From Chitinophagales bacterium (lineage in GTDB: Bacteria; Bacteroidota; Bacteroidia; Chitinophagales; JADIYW01), in assembly GCA_023957235.1 (NCBI GenBank), contig JAMLHI010000007.1, positions 35,738-99,737 of the forward strand: a stretch of 64,000 nt of DNA. Direction: 5' to 3'. A model generated the notes under the pieces. The model was not told the origin of the DNA. It saw nothing but the letters and a program-made list of their open reading frames with translations, and searched no databases. Position numbers and translations under genes: made by a program. Positions 7,199 through 17,578 of this stretch are shown piece after piece; within the stretch, counting starts at the first letter, position 1; every line of letters begins with the position of its first letter.

Positions 7199-9163
7199 CT
7201 TCATCTTCAACAATAGCGTTCCACTTTCAATAAATTGTTTTTCAGTAACATATACCTCTTCTATTTCACCATCTGAATGAGCTTCAATTGTACTTTCCAT
7301 TTTCATAGAAATCATTTTTAATAATGCATCACCAGATTTTACAAAATCGCCAGCTTTCACCAAAACAAGAGTAATATCACCAGGCATTGGAGCCACATAA
7401 GCTCCTTTGACAATATCTTCTTTTGGAGTAGGAAAACGTTCAAGGCTGTTTAATACAATTTGACCAAGTTGTGGTGATTGTATAAAATAAAGTGAACCAT
7501 TTTGAGATATATAAAATTTACGGCGAATACTATTGATTTCTAGTACAAGCATATTTGATAGCAAAGGAAGGTGCTTGGAAACAAAATTTTTATCAGCAAA
7601 TGAAATATGCAACTCATTATTTTTAGCGATGTATGAGACCGGAAACTCATACCCTAAATAACTATATTTCTCTTGTTGTGCTTGAAAAAAATTATTACGC
7701 CATCCACTAGGGACATTTTGTGCAATTTTTTTCTCTTTTTGACGATGTAGAAATCTAAAATGAACCAATGCACTAGTCAATATATCTAAAGTATCTTGTG
7801 GATATTGTTCTCCTTGATAAATAAAATTTTTATCTAAGAAATGTGTGTCAAATCGACCATTTTGAAAGTCTTCATTTTTTAAGACAGCGACTAGAAAATT
7901 TTTATTGTTAGTAAAACCGCTACAAACAGTTTCTTGCAATGCAGATTTTAATTTCAATATTGCCTCATTTCTGTTTTTCCCTTTTGCTATTATTTTGGCA
8001 ATCATTGGATCGTAATAGGTAGAAATTTCAGAACCACTTTCGATACCAGTGTCATAACGCAAACCATCTGTAATAGAAGGAATCCAATCAATAATTTTTC
8101 CATTTACAGGTAAAAAATTATTACTCGGATCTTCAGCATATAAACGCACTTCAATAGCGTGGCCATTTTGCGAAATGTCTTCTTGCTTAAAATTAATTTT
8201 ATCGCCTTGTGCTACTTCAATTTGTAACCGAACTAAATCTAAACCTGTTACTTCTTCAGTGACTGGGTGTTCAACTTGTAAACGCGTATTGACTTCTAAA
8301 AAGTAAAAGGAAAAGTCTGGTGTCACTATAAATTCGACAGTGCCAGCATTATCATAACCGATAGCTTTTGCTGCTTGTATGGCAGCTTTTCCCATTTCTT
8401 CACGTAGTGCCAAAGTCATAATAGGTGAGGGGCTTTCTTCTAAGACTTTTTGATACCTCCTTTGTATAGAACATTCTCGCTCGAAAAGATGAATGGCATT
8501 GCCATGCTTATCTCCGAAAATTTGAAACTCTATATGACGAGAACTGTCAAAGTATTTTTCAATTAATAAAGTGTCATCTCCAAATCCATTGAGGGCTTCA
8601 CTTTTTGCAGCTTCGATAGACTTATCCAATTCAGGCTCACTTCTGACGATGCGCATCCCTTTTCCTCCTCCTCCTGCAGACGCTTTGAGTAATATTGGAA
8701 ACCCAATCTCAATAGCTTTTTGTCGAATAACACTATGCGACTGGTCTTCACCTTGATACCCTGGAATAGTTGGGACACCATATTTTTGCATAATTTTTTT
8801 TGCACCTATTTTGGAGCCCATTTGTCTAATTGCCTCAGGATGAGGGCCTATCCATATTAGACCAGCATCAATAACTGATTGAGCAAAATCTGCTCTTTCT
8901 GACAAAAATCCATAACCTGGATGAATAGCATCGGCTGCTGTTGCTTTGGCAGCAGCAATTATTTTTTCTCCTAATAAGTAGGATTCACTAGGTTGTTTGC
9001 CTCCGAGGCGAACTGCTTCATCTGCTTTTTGTACAAAGAGAGCGTTTTCATCAGCATCAGAAAATACAGCTACTGTTGAGATACCCATTTCGCAACATGT
9101 TCGCATAATTCTGACGGCAATTTCTCCACGGTTAGCAATTAGAATTTTTTTTATGGTTGACAT
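7193..9163 (-). CDS. Biotin-dependent acyl-CoA carboxylase alpha subunit (biotin carboxylase + BCCP; AtuF/LiuD-like)
   Basis: LIANRGEIA, HPGYGFLSE, GGGGKGMR and EVNTRLQVEHPVTE motifs; C-terminal SMKME biotin-lysine motif. Confidence 0.92.
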   Translation of the reverse strand: MSTIKKILIANRGEIAVRIMRTCCEMGISTVAVFSDADENALFVQKADEAVRLGGKQPSESYLLGEKIIAAAKATAADAIHPGYGFLSERADFAQSVIDAGLIWIGPHPEAIRQMGSKIGAKKIMQKYGVPTIPGYQGEDQSHSVIRQKAIEIGFPILLKASAGGGGKGMRIVRSEPELDKSIEAAKSEALNGFGDDTLLIEKYFDSSRHIEFQIFGDKHGNAIHLFERECSIQRRYQKVLEESPSPIMTLALREEMGKAAIQAAKAIGYDNAGTVEFIVTPDFSFYFLEVNTRLQVEHPVTEEVTGLDLVRLQIEVAQGDKINFKQEDISQNGHAIEVRLYAEDPSNNFLPVNGKIIDWIPSITDGLRYDTGIESGSEISTYYDPMIAKIIAKGKNRNEAILKLKSALQETVCSGFTNNKNFLVAVLKNEDFQNGRFDTHFLDKNFIYQGEQYPQDTLDILTSALVHFRFLHRQKEKKIAQNVPSGWRNNFFQAQQEKYSYLGYEFPVSYIAKNNELHISFADKNFVSKHLPLLSNMLVLEINSIRRKFYISQNGSLYFIQSPQLGQIVLNSLERFPTPKEDIVKGAYVAPMPGDITLVLVKAGDFVKSGDALLKMISMKMESTIEAHSDGEIEEVYVTEKQFIESGTLLLKMKE

Positions 9164-9302
9164 TATTTCTTATTTATATATTGTAGTGAAGATGATAAAC
9201 TGTTCATGAGATGTTTTAGGAGGGTATTCAAAGTAGATATTTGCCTGAAAGTTGAAAGGATAATTAGCCATTTTTAGCATATTTGATTTTTAATTCTAAA
9301 AC

Positions 9303-10904
9303 TTACATACGAAATACACCCCAAGCATTTGTGCCTTTTATTTCTTGAAGATTTGTCAGTGTGAGAATAAGTCCCATAATATTTCTTGTATCTCGAGGGT
9401 CTATCACACCATCATCCCATAGTTGACCTGTTGCAAAAAAAGCGTTAGATTGTTTTTCAATTTCTCCTTTCATATATTCTTTCATCTGGGCAGCTTGTGC
9501 TTCATCATATTTTCCTCCTGATTTCATTGCACCTTCTCGAGCGACCAATTCCATTACACCAGCTAATTGTTCTGCTCCCATGACGGCAATCATACTATTA
9601 GGATAAGAAAATAAAAATCGAGGATTGTACGCACGTCCACACATTGCATAGTTTCCAGCACCATAAGATGCACCCACTATAATAGTAAACATTGGGACTT
9701 CGCTGTTAGAAACTGCATTTATCATTTTGGCACCATCTTTTATAATTCCTGACTGCTCATAATCTTTGCCCACCATAAACCCTGTTATGTTTTGTAAGAA
9801 TAGGATAGGGGTGTTGTTCATGTTGCATAGCTGGATGAAATGAGCTCCTTTATTGCTGGAATCATTAAAAAGTACGCCATTATTGGCGATGATTGCAATT
9901 TTAAATCCATGAATAAATGCAAATCCACAAACTAAAGTTGTTCCCCATTCTTTTTTGAATTCATGAAATTCCGAGCCATCAACAATTCTAGCTATCACTT
10001 CACGACTGTCAAAAGGTACTTTAATATCAGCAGAAATAATGCCCAATAATTCATCAATAGGATATAATGGTTCTTTTATGGTAGAAGGGGAAAGAATCGT
10101 TTGTGTAGGAATATCCAAATTATTCATTAACTCTCTCGCAATACGTATGCCGTCAATTTCGTTTTGCGCCAAATAATCAGCAACACCTGATACTTTAGCG
10201 TGCATATCTGCACCACCAAGAGTTTCATCATCTACAACTTCATTCGTTGCCATTTTGACCAAAGGAGGACCCGCTAAGAATACTTTTGCATTATTCTTTA
10301 CAAATATTGTGTAGTCAGACATTCCAGGAATATACGCTCCACCAGCAGTTGAATTTCCAAAAACGATAGATATAGTTGGTACTCTTTCTTTGGAGTGTCT
10401 AGTGATATTTTTAAAATTATTACCACCAAGATTAAATACTTTGGCTTGGTCAGGCAGGTTGGCTCCTGCGGATTCGACTAGATTAATTGTCGGTAATTTA
10501 TTTTCTTTCCCTATTTCACTGAGTCTCAATGCTTTTTGTAAAGAAGAAAGATCAATAGCACCACCTTTATTTGTCCCAATATTGGAGGTGATTAAACACA
10601 TTTTTTGAGCAACAAAACCTATACCTGCAACTAAAGTACCTGATGGTCCAAATCCTCCTTGAACACCTAATCCAGCTAATGGCATTAATTCTAAAAATGG
10701 ACTATCTTGGTCTATAAGCATCTCAATACGTTCACGGGCGGTCATTTTCCCTTTAGAATGAGCTTTTAAAATTCGCGTCTCGTCTCCTTGGAATAAAGAT
10801 TTTTTTAAATTCTTATTGAGTAATTCTATTTTCTCCAACATTTTTTGATAATTCTCTTTATAGGTAGAGCTGTTGGGATTGATTTTTGTATTGATGATAG
10901 ACAT
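9303..10904 (-). CDS. Acyl-CoA carboxylase beta (carboxyltransferase) subunit, geranyl-/methylcrotonyl-CoA carboxylase type
   Basis: ESAGANLP, GNSTAGGAY, FLAGPPLVKMAT, QNITGFMVG, SYGAGNYAMCGR and DGVIDPRDTR motifs. Confidence 0.9.
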   Translation of the reverse strand: MSIINTKINPNSSTYKENYQKMLEKIELLNKNLKKSLFQGDETRILKAHSKGKMTARERIEMLIDQDSPFLELMPLAGLGVQGGFGPSGTLVAGIGFVAQKMCLITSNIGTNKGGAIDLSSLQKALRLSEIGKENKLPTINLVESAGANLPDQAKVFNLGGNNFKNITRHSKERVPTISIVFGNSTAGGAYIPGMSDYTIFVKNNAKVFLAGPPLVKMATNEVVDDETLGGADMHAKVSGVADYLAQNEIDGIRIARELMNNLDIPTQTILSPSTIKEPLYPIDELLGIISADIKVPFDSREVIARIVDGSEFHEFKKEWGTTLVCGFAFIHGFKIAIIANNGVLFNDSSNKGAHFIQLCNMNNTPILFLQNITGFMVGKDYEQSGIIKDGAKMINAVSNSEVPMFTIIVGASYGAGNYAMCGRAYNPRFLFSYPNSMIAVMGAEQLAGVMELVAREGAMKSGGKYDEAQAAQMKEYMKGEIEKQSNAFFATGQLWDDGVIDPRDTRNIMGLILTLTNLQEIKGTNAWGVFRM

Positions 10905-10994
10905 TATTGATTATTGGTCTTTTTATTTTTTATTCTTTAAATAGGTTATAAATTTAAAGGCATAATTAAACTCTTTATTCATACTAATTTAACG

Positions 10995-11032
10995 AAAAAG
11001 TTTTACCAAACAAACGATTGGTAAAACTTTTT
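10995..11032. promoter_or_regulatory. Perfect 15-bp inverted repeat upstream of the acyl-CoA operon; candidate repressor operator
   Basis: AAAAAGTTTTACCAA-acaaacga-TTGGTAAAACTTTTT, about 90 bp upstream of the ATG at 10904, in a divergent intergenic region. Confidence 0.6.
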
Positions 11033-11402
11033 ATTTGAAAATTAGATTTGTCCTATAAATAAAAGAAATGATAATTATTCGCACAAAGAACCATAATATC
11101 TCAATATTGATATAAAATTTTGCAGAAAGACAAATATGATAATAAATGTTCTTGTAGTTTTCAAATTTGTAACACTGCTAAATAGGAGGGTATTTAAGTT
11201 GCCAAATTTTTCAATACAATGAAATTTGGGAATAGGTATTCGTTATGAATGAATGCATTGAAATAACTACAGTTTGCTTTTGGGAAATGTATTATTTCTA
11301 TAATTTATTGCATTAAAAAAAAATCATTATCATTGATTTTTATATTTTTGGTGGCTCTAAAAAAGGAAGAGATTTTATTTTTTAAAATGATAGATTTAAA
11401 TT

Positions 11403-12119
11403 ATGGCAGAATTAGAAGTTGCTAAAAATCTAAAAAAAGCAATAGAAATGGCAAAGTCATCGCAACACTCTCAAATTCATAAATTGAAGGAAGTTGCTTT
11501 TGAAATAATAATTATAGTATTTGCAGTTTCTTTATCCATCTATTTGCACACTTGGAGTGAACATAGAGAAGAAAAGCACCAAGCTTCAATGTTTTTGAAT
11601 GGACTTTCTAATGATTTATTAAAAGATATTGAAGAAATGCAAAGTGATTTGGAGGCCTTCAGACAACAGAAAATCTTATTCACTTATATTTCTCAGTTAC
11701 CTAACAATGCAATTGCAAATGCTGATAGCATTGCCAAATACCATTCTTATCTTTTTAGTTATACTGGATTAGGGAAAAACAATGGTAGGTATGAAGGATT
11801 TAAATCTTCTGGAAAATTACAATATATTGAAAATCAATCTATATTAAATTTAATTTTGGATTATTACGAGGAAAGTATTCCTTTACTTAAAATTTCAACT
11901 GAATATTATAAAAACCAAAAAACTAAGTTGTCAGACTTTGTAATAGACAATTCAATTGATTACCCACAAGGTAATCTGATGAAAGTTTTAGCTAGTGAAC
12001 AGATAAAAAATAGATGTCGAATTTATTTGTCTTCTGTTGACCAGATTATATCTTCTTATGAAAAATGTATAGATAATTGTCATCAAATTATTGAAGATAT
12101 CGGTAAAGAAGCTCATTGA
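11403..12119 (+). CDS. Membrane-anchored hypothetical protein (DUF6090-like)
   Basis: EIIIIVFAVSLS transmembrane segment, W..E..E followed by L..DL..D helix, and YEGFKSSGKL motif. Confidence 0.65.
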   Translation: MAELEVAKNLKKAIEMAKSSQHSQIHKLKEVAFEIIIIVFAVSLSIYLHTWSEHREEKHQASMFLNGLSNDLLKDIEEMQSDLEAFRQQKILFTYISQLPNNAIANADSIAKYHSYLFSYTGLGKNNGRYEGFKSSGKLQYIENQSILNLILDYYEESIPLLKISTEYYKNQKTKLSDFVIDNSIDYPQGNLMKVLASEQIKNRCRIYLSSVDQIISSYEKCIDNCHQIIEDIGKEAH

Positions 12120-12303
12120 TTCTGGCTTGCCCTAAAATACGCTTTATCTCAAATGGATATAAAAGCAAAGCTATAGCAGGATTATAATAATATATTAAAT
12201 TAGAGCAAGGTTTATCAATTTTTTTATTGGGATGAGAATAGCTTCTCTCGTTTCAAGTATTTCTATTTTGCTTTATTGAATTTTATCAGCTATTTTTATC
12301 CAA

Positions 12304-14982
12304 ATGAAGAAGATTGTAGGTATTGTTTTTATCTTTTTGGAAATAGGAGTATTGAAGGCTTCAAGTGCCATTAATGACTTGTCTAATATTAATAATCATT
12401 TTATCACGTTCCAACAAGCCAATTATGCTAGAGACGGTTCTAATAATGATGGGACAAATACTGGCAGTTTTTTAGATACGATTAAAAGCGGTTTGGTCAA
12501 TCAACCCAATGGAACTCCCAAAGGAGGAGTGGAGTATGTTTTGGCAAATATTGAAGGGCCTGCTCGACTTGAAAGATTATGGTGTGCTGATGTAAGAAAT
12601 AGCGATGCCCTCATTAGATTTTATTTTGATGGAGAGACTCAACCTAGGTTTTCAGCCAAAATTTCTGAACTATTCTTTGATAAATCTACTGTATTTGATG
12701 AGTATTTGGCAAGAAATATTTATGAAAGTTCTGGAGGCAATATTTTGTATGCTTCCATAAATATTCAAAAGAACCTGGTGATTACCTCAGAGTCAAATAT
12801 GTATTATCAAGTTAGTTATTTATTGTTGCCTAAAGATACAATGATAGCATCTTGGTCAAATACAAATGATATTACTCAGTCAAATTTATTCTCTTTGAGT
12901 GGTCACTATCCTAAATCAAATATTGGTAGCCTTCAGCAATACAAAATATCTCAATCTCTGTTATCTCATCAAACAATTGAGCTATTTCACAATGTGGGTT
13001 CAGGAACTATTGAAGGCATTGAATTAGATATTCAAGATCTAAATTTTGATTATGCTGATAGGACTTATGACAAAGGAATTGTGAGGAAAGGTGTCGCACA
13101 ATTTACTATGGCAGTAAATGGACAGGCAGATTCTATTTATTTGGTGAATAAAATGAATAAAAATAGTATTCTAGGGTTGCTAAAGAATATGAATGCCAAT
13201 GTTTATGTTGATAATCAACTTGTTGGTACTTGGTCAATACAAAATCTTAGAGATTATCATTTTTGGGAAGATGAACGATATTTAATACCTCAATCATTTT
13301 ATCAGGGGAAGAACAAAATTAAAATTACTATTCAATATCACTCAGGTGAAATATGGAATGAGTTTAGATACCAGACAGTCTGTGATGGAATAGTCTATGA
13401 TGAATTAGAAATTAAAAGTGAGAGTAGTAGAAATATTCATGGTTATATAGCTACAGATATTCAAAAAGGGGTGTTTAATGATTTTATTGGTTCGGCTACT
13501 ACTAGGTATCAGACTCCTGAAGATATCCGTCAAAAGAATGAACAAATTTTAGATAGTTTGTATATATCTGTTTATTATGATAATGCTTCTACACCTTCAA
13601 TTCATGCACCTATTGGTTTGTTTTTTGGCACAGGAATAAATGATGCAGCATATATGGATGCACTTTTAATGGGAAACAATAATAAGACTTATTATAATTA
13701 TCTGACTATGCCTTATTGGAAAAACATCAGAGTAGAACTTCAAAATAAGTCTTCAATAGATATCCAAGAATTTAAAAGTAATATTTTATTTACTGATGAA
13801 AAGCTGGATAACAATTCGCACGGTTATTTAAAAGCGGAACGAAAACATGAAAATAAGCATGAAAACGATCCTACTGATTTTACTTTTTTAAATACTTCCG
13901 GTAAAGGGAAAATTATTGCTTTAGTCCTTCAGGGTGTGACCGACTCAGTGATTATTGGCCTTTACTCATATTTAGAAGGAGATGAAAGAATTTATGTGGA
14001 TGATGCCCAGACACCTTATGTTTATGGTACAGGTACTGAAGATATTTTTAACGGTGGGTTTTATTTTATTTTGGATGAATTTTGTGATCCATTGGGTGGT
14101 TTATCTAATTCTGGCAAAAGTCAAAATAGGAATATGTATCGTTTTTATTTGAATGATGCCATTTATTTTAGAAAAAATATTTTAGCAAATATTGAACATG
14201 GTCCTACAAATGACCGACAGGCGATTTATAATAGTCTATGTTTTTATTATTGGCAAAATGATACAATGTACAAGCAGACAGATAGTATAGATATTGGGCA
14301 ACTCAGCAGTGAGAATTTACATGACTATATTGTAATAGGACTTAATGAACTGGTCAGCAAATCTTCTTTTTTTGAAGGCTCTGATGATAAAACATTGATT
14401 TATCAGGAAGGCCGAAATATTACAGGGGAAGAAAATTTTATTATTAGTATAGAGCCTGAAAATGAAGGAGTTCGCCTTTTGAGAACATTTGATTACAGTA
14501 TCAAAAATCAGAAAGCAGATGTATTTGTCAATCAAGAATATGTGGGAACTTGGCTCAATGCAGGAAGCAACCCTTATCAATATTTTAGAGATGATATTTT
14601 TGAGATTCCAGAAAAATATACTCAAAATCAGTCAAAGCTCAATATTAAAATAGTAACTCAAAGTGACAAGTGGACATCTTTTAAATATAAAGTTTTTACA
14701 ATGCTGTATCCCAAAACAGTTACTGGAGTTCAGAATCCTATTCCATTCAATTCAAATATCCATTTGTATCCCAATCCATGCACAACATATTTTACATTGT
14801 CTTCTGATAAAATTATTCAAGTGATAAATATCTTTCAAATAGATGGGACCTTAATTCAATCCTTTATTGTCAAGAACAATACTTTTCAAATGGATGTCAG
14901 GCAGTTTTCCAAAGGCATTTATTTAGTTGAGGTGATAAATGAATCAGCTGTTCGTACGGTAAAAAAAATTATTATTGAATAA
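12304..14982 (+). CDS. T9SS-secreted DUF2961 (glycoside hydrolase family 172-like) protein
   Basis: Signal peptide; IRFYFDGE, YLEGDERIYVDD and GTGTEDIFNGGFY motifs; C-terminal LYPNP...GIYLVEV...KKIIIE sorting domain. Confidence 0.8.
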   Translation: MKKIVGIVFIFLEIGVLKASSAINDLSNINNHFITFQQANYARDGSNNDGTNTGSFLDTIKSGLVNQPNGTPKGGVEYVLANIEGPARLERLWCADVRNSDALIRFYFDGETQPRFSAKISELFFDKSTVFDEYLARNIYESSGGNILYASINIQKNLVITSESNMYYQVSYLLLPKDTMIASWSNTNDITQSNLFSLSGHYPKSNIGSLQQYKISQSLLSHQTIELFHNVGSGTIEGIELDIQDLNFDYADRTYDKGIVRKGVAQFTMAVNGQADSIYLVNKMNKNSILGLLKNMNANVYVDNQLVGTWSIQNLRDYHFWEDERYLIPQSFYQGKNKIKITIQYHSGEIWNEFRYQTVCDGIVYDELEIKSESSRNIHGYIATDIQKGVFNDFIGSATTRYQTPEDIRQKNEQILDSLYISVYYDNASTPSIHAPIGLFFGTGINDAAYMDALLMGNNNKTYYNYLTMPYWKNIRVELQNKSSIDIQEFKSNILFTDEKLDNNSHGYLKAERKHENKHENDPTDFTFLNTSGKGKIIALVLQGVTDSVIIGLYSYLEGDERIYVDDAQTPYVYGTGTEDIFNGGFYFILDEFCDPLGGLSNSGKSQNRNMYRFYLNDAIYFRKNILANIEHGPTNDRQAIYNSLCFYYWQNDTMYKQTDSIDIGQLSSENLHDYIVIGLNELVSKSSFFEGSDDKTLIYQEGRNITGEENFIISIEPENEGVRLLRTFDYSIKNQKADVFVNQEYVGTWLNAGSNPYQYFRDDIFEIPEKYTQNQSKLNIKIVTQSDKWTSFKYKVFTMLYPKTVTGVQNPIPFNSNIHLYPNPCTTYFTLSSDKIIQVINIFQIDGTLIQSFIVKNNTFQMDVRQFSKGIYLVEVINESAVRTVKKIIIE

Positions 14983-15194
14983 TTCAACTATTATTTAAAG
15001 GTGTTTTCTGAGAAGAGTACTATTACGGAATCAATGTGCTTTTTCTTAATATAGCAAAATGGACAAGTGATATCAAATGAGATTTCAAGTTTCATTTTAG
15101 AGTATCCATATATCAAAGCATATTAAAGATAGGCAAATATCAATATTTTAAATTTGGGTATGGTGAATGTCTGAAATTCTTTACATTTGCAAGT

Positions 15195-16745
15195 ATGACA
15201 AATGATCAGAAATTGGAGTTTCTTAAATCTCATAAGGAAAAAGCATTACTAGGAGGAGGAGAGAAAAGAATTCAATCACAACATAAGAAAGGAAAGTTGA
15301 CTGCACGCGAACGTGTAGAATTATTGCTAGATCCTGGAACTTTTGAAGAGATAGGTATGTTGGTGACACATCGGAGTTCAGATTTTGGATTAGAGAAAGA
15401 ACTTTATCTAGGAGATGGAGTAGTTACTGGATATGGTAATATTGAAGGACGATTAGTTTATGTTTTCTCTCAGGATTTTACTGTTTTTGGAGGTTCGTTG
15501 TCTGAAACTCATGCTGAAAAAATCTGTAAGATTATGGATTTGGCTATCAAAACGGGAGCTCCAGTCATTGGTTTGAATGACTCTGGAGGTGCCCGTATTC
15601 AGGAAGGTGTAGTATCATTGGGCGGATATGCAGATATCTTTTTAAGAAATGTACAATCGTCTGGTGTAATTCCTCAAATTTCAGCCATTATGGGGCCTTG
15701 TGCTGGGGGGGCTGTATATTCTCCTGCAATGACAGATTTTACAATGATGGTTGATCATACTTCTTACATGTTTGTCACCGGACCCAATGTTGTTAAAACA
15801 GTTACCCATGAAGAGGTAACATCAGAAGAATTAGGAGGAGCTAAGACACATGCTTCCAAGTCTGGCGTTACGCATTTCACAGCTAGTAATGAAGTGGCAT
15901 GTATTCAGATGATTCGCAAATTATTGAGTTATATGCCTCAAAATTGTGAAGATGATGCTCCTGTTTATCCTTATGAAAGCAAAGAGTCAGAAATAAGAAA
16001 TAGCTTGGCAAATATTATTCCTGCCAATCCCAATCAGCCTTATGATATGAGAGATGTGATTGAAAACCTTGTTGACAACGATTCATTTATGGAGGTGCAT
16101 AAGGATTTTGCTGAAAATATTGTAGTTGGATTTGCAAGATTGGGTGGTCGTTCTATTGGAATAGTTGCTAATCAACCTGCCTATCTCGCTGGAGTTTTAG
16201 ATATCAATAGTTCAAGAAAGGCAGCAAGATTTACTAGGTTTTGTGATGCTTTTAATATCCCATTACTTGTATTGGTAGATGTTCCGGGTTTCTTGCCGGG
16301 TACAGATCAAGAATGGAATGGCATAATTGTGAATGGAGCTAAGTTATTATTTGCATTGAGTGAAGCAACAGTGCCCAAAGTAACAGTTATTACAAGGAAA
16401 GCATACGGTGGAGCTTATGATGTAATGAATTCCAAACATATTGGAGCAGACTTGAATTTTGCTTGGCCTACTGCTGAAATTGCTGTTATGGGACCCAAAG
16501 GAGCTGCAGAAATTATTTTCAAAAATGAAATCTCAAAAGCCGAAAATAAAGAGGCCAAACTTCAAGAGAAAGTGGATGAATATACTGTGACGTTTGCCAA
16601 TCCATACAGAGCAGCAGCACGTGGATTTATTGATGAAGTGATAGATCCTAAAGATACTCGACTCAAATTAATTAAAGGATTTAAAATGCTTGAGAATAAA
16701 GTAGCGACTATGCCTAAGAAAAAACATGGTAATATACCACTTTAA
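15195..16745 (+). CDS. pccB: Propionyl-CoA carboxylase beta chain / methylmalonyl-CoA decarboxylase alpha (carboxyltransferase)
   Basis: [38 protein letters not shown] and KKHGNIPL motifs. Confidence 0.9.
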   Translation: MTNDQKLEFLKSHKEKALLGGGEKRIQSQHKKGKLTARERVELLLDPGTFEEIGMLVTHRSSDFGLEKELYLGDGVVTGYGNIEGRLVYVFSQDFTVFGGSLSETHAEKICKIMDLAIKTGAPVIGLNDSGGARIQEGVVSLGGYADIFLRNVQSSGVIPQISAIMGPCAGGAVYSPAMTDFTMMVDHTSYMFVTGPNVVKTVTHEEVTSEELGGAKTHASKSGVTHFTASNEVACIQMIRKLLSYMPQNCEDDAPVYPYESKESEIRNSLANIIPANPNQPYDMRDVIENLVDNDSFMEVHKDFAENIVVGFARLGGRSIGIVANQPAYLAGVLDINSSRKAARFTRFCDAFNIPLLVLVDVPGFLPGTDQEWNGIIVNGAKLLFALSEATVPKVTVITRKAYGGAYDVMNSKHIGADLNFAWPTAEIAVMGPKGAAEIIFKNEISKAENKEAKLQEKVDEYTVTFANPYRAAARGFIDEVIDPKDTRLKLIKGFKMLENKVATMPKKKHGNIPL

Positions 16746-16787
16746 AGATGGATGCTATTGATATTGATAATTATTTGAAGGAGAATT

Positions 16788-17489
16788 CTATTTGTATTGT
16801 TCTTCGTAAAGTATTTCCAAATCTCTCCATAGTTTATCCTGCTGTGGTACAGGTGCTGTAATATTGATGGTTTCTTTGCTCACAGGATGAATAAAATTGA
16901 TTTTTCTCGCATGCAGATAGATAAACCCACCTTTATTGGTTCGAGAATATCCGTATTTTATATCGCCTTTGATTGGGCTACCAATATATGATAATTGGCT
17001 TCTGATTTGATGATATCTGCCAGTGTGTGGCAAAACTTCCAAAAGACAATACCTTTCAGAGGATAATATATTTTGATAGTCTAGAATGCAAAGTTTACTT
17101 CCATTTACTTCTTTAGAAAAAGTTTTTGCTTTTAATTTTTCAGCATCTTTAATGGTATAAGTTTTTATAGTCCCTTGTTGTTCTAAAGGAGGATTCTGAA
17201 CTACTGCCCAATATGTTTTTTGAACTTTTTTTTCTTTAAAAAGAGCATTCATCCTTTCAAGAGCTTTGCTTGTACGGGCAAATATGACAATCCCTGATAC
17301 TGGTCTATCTAATCGGTGTATAACTCCTAGAAATACTTCTCCAGGTTTATTATATTTTGCTTTGATATATTCTTTTACTTCCTCAGAGATAGGGGCATCA
17401 CCTGTTTTATCACCTTGTACCAATGCTCCAGCTGGTTTATTGACAATTATCAGATGATTATCTTCATAAAGAATAGATACTGAAGTCAT
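16788..17489 (-). CDS. RluA-family RNA pseudouridine synthase
   Basis: VNKPAG, HRLDRPVSG, TGRYHQIR and GDIKYG motifs. Confidence 0.92.
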   Translation of the reverse strand: MTSVSILYEDNHLIIVNKPAGALVQGDKTGDAPISEEVKEYIKAKYNKPGEVFLGVIHRLDRPVSGIVIFARTSKALERMNALFKEKKVQKTYWAVVQNPPLEQQGTIKTYTIKDAEKLKAKTFSKEVNGSKLCILDYQNILSSERYCLLEVLPHTGRYHQIRSQLSYIGSPIKGDIKYGYSRTNKGGFIYLHARKINFIHPVSKETINITAPVPQQDKLWRDLEILYEEQYK

Positions 17490-17578
17490 TTTTCAAAGAT
17501 ACATTTTTTTACCTGCTGAAATTGAATCAAAAATATTTAAGAAAATTGTCAATGAGTATAAGTGTTCAATTTCGCATA

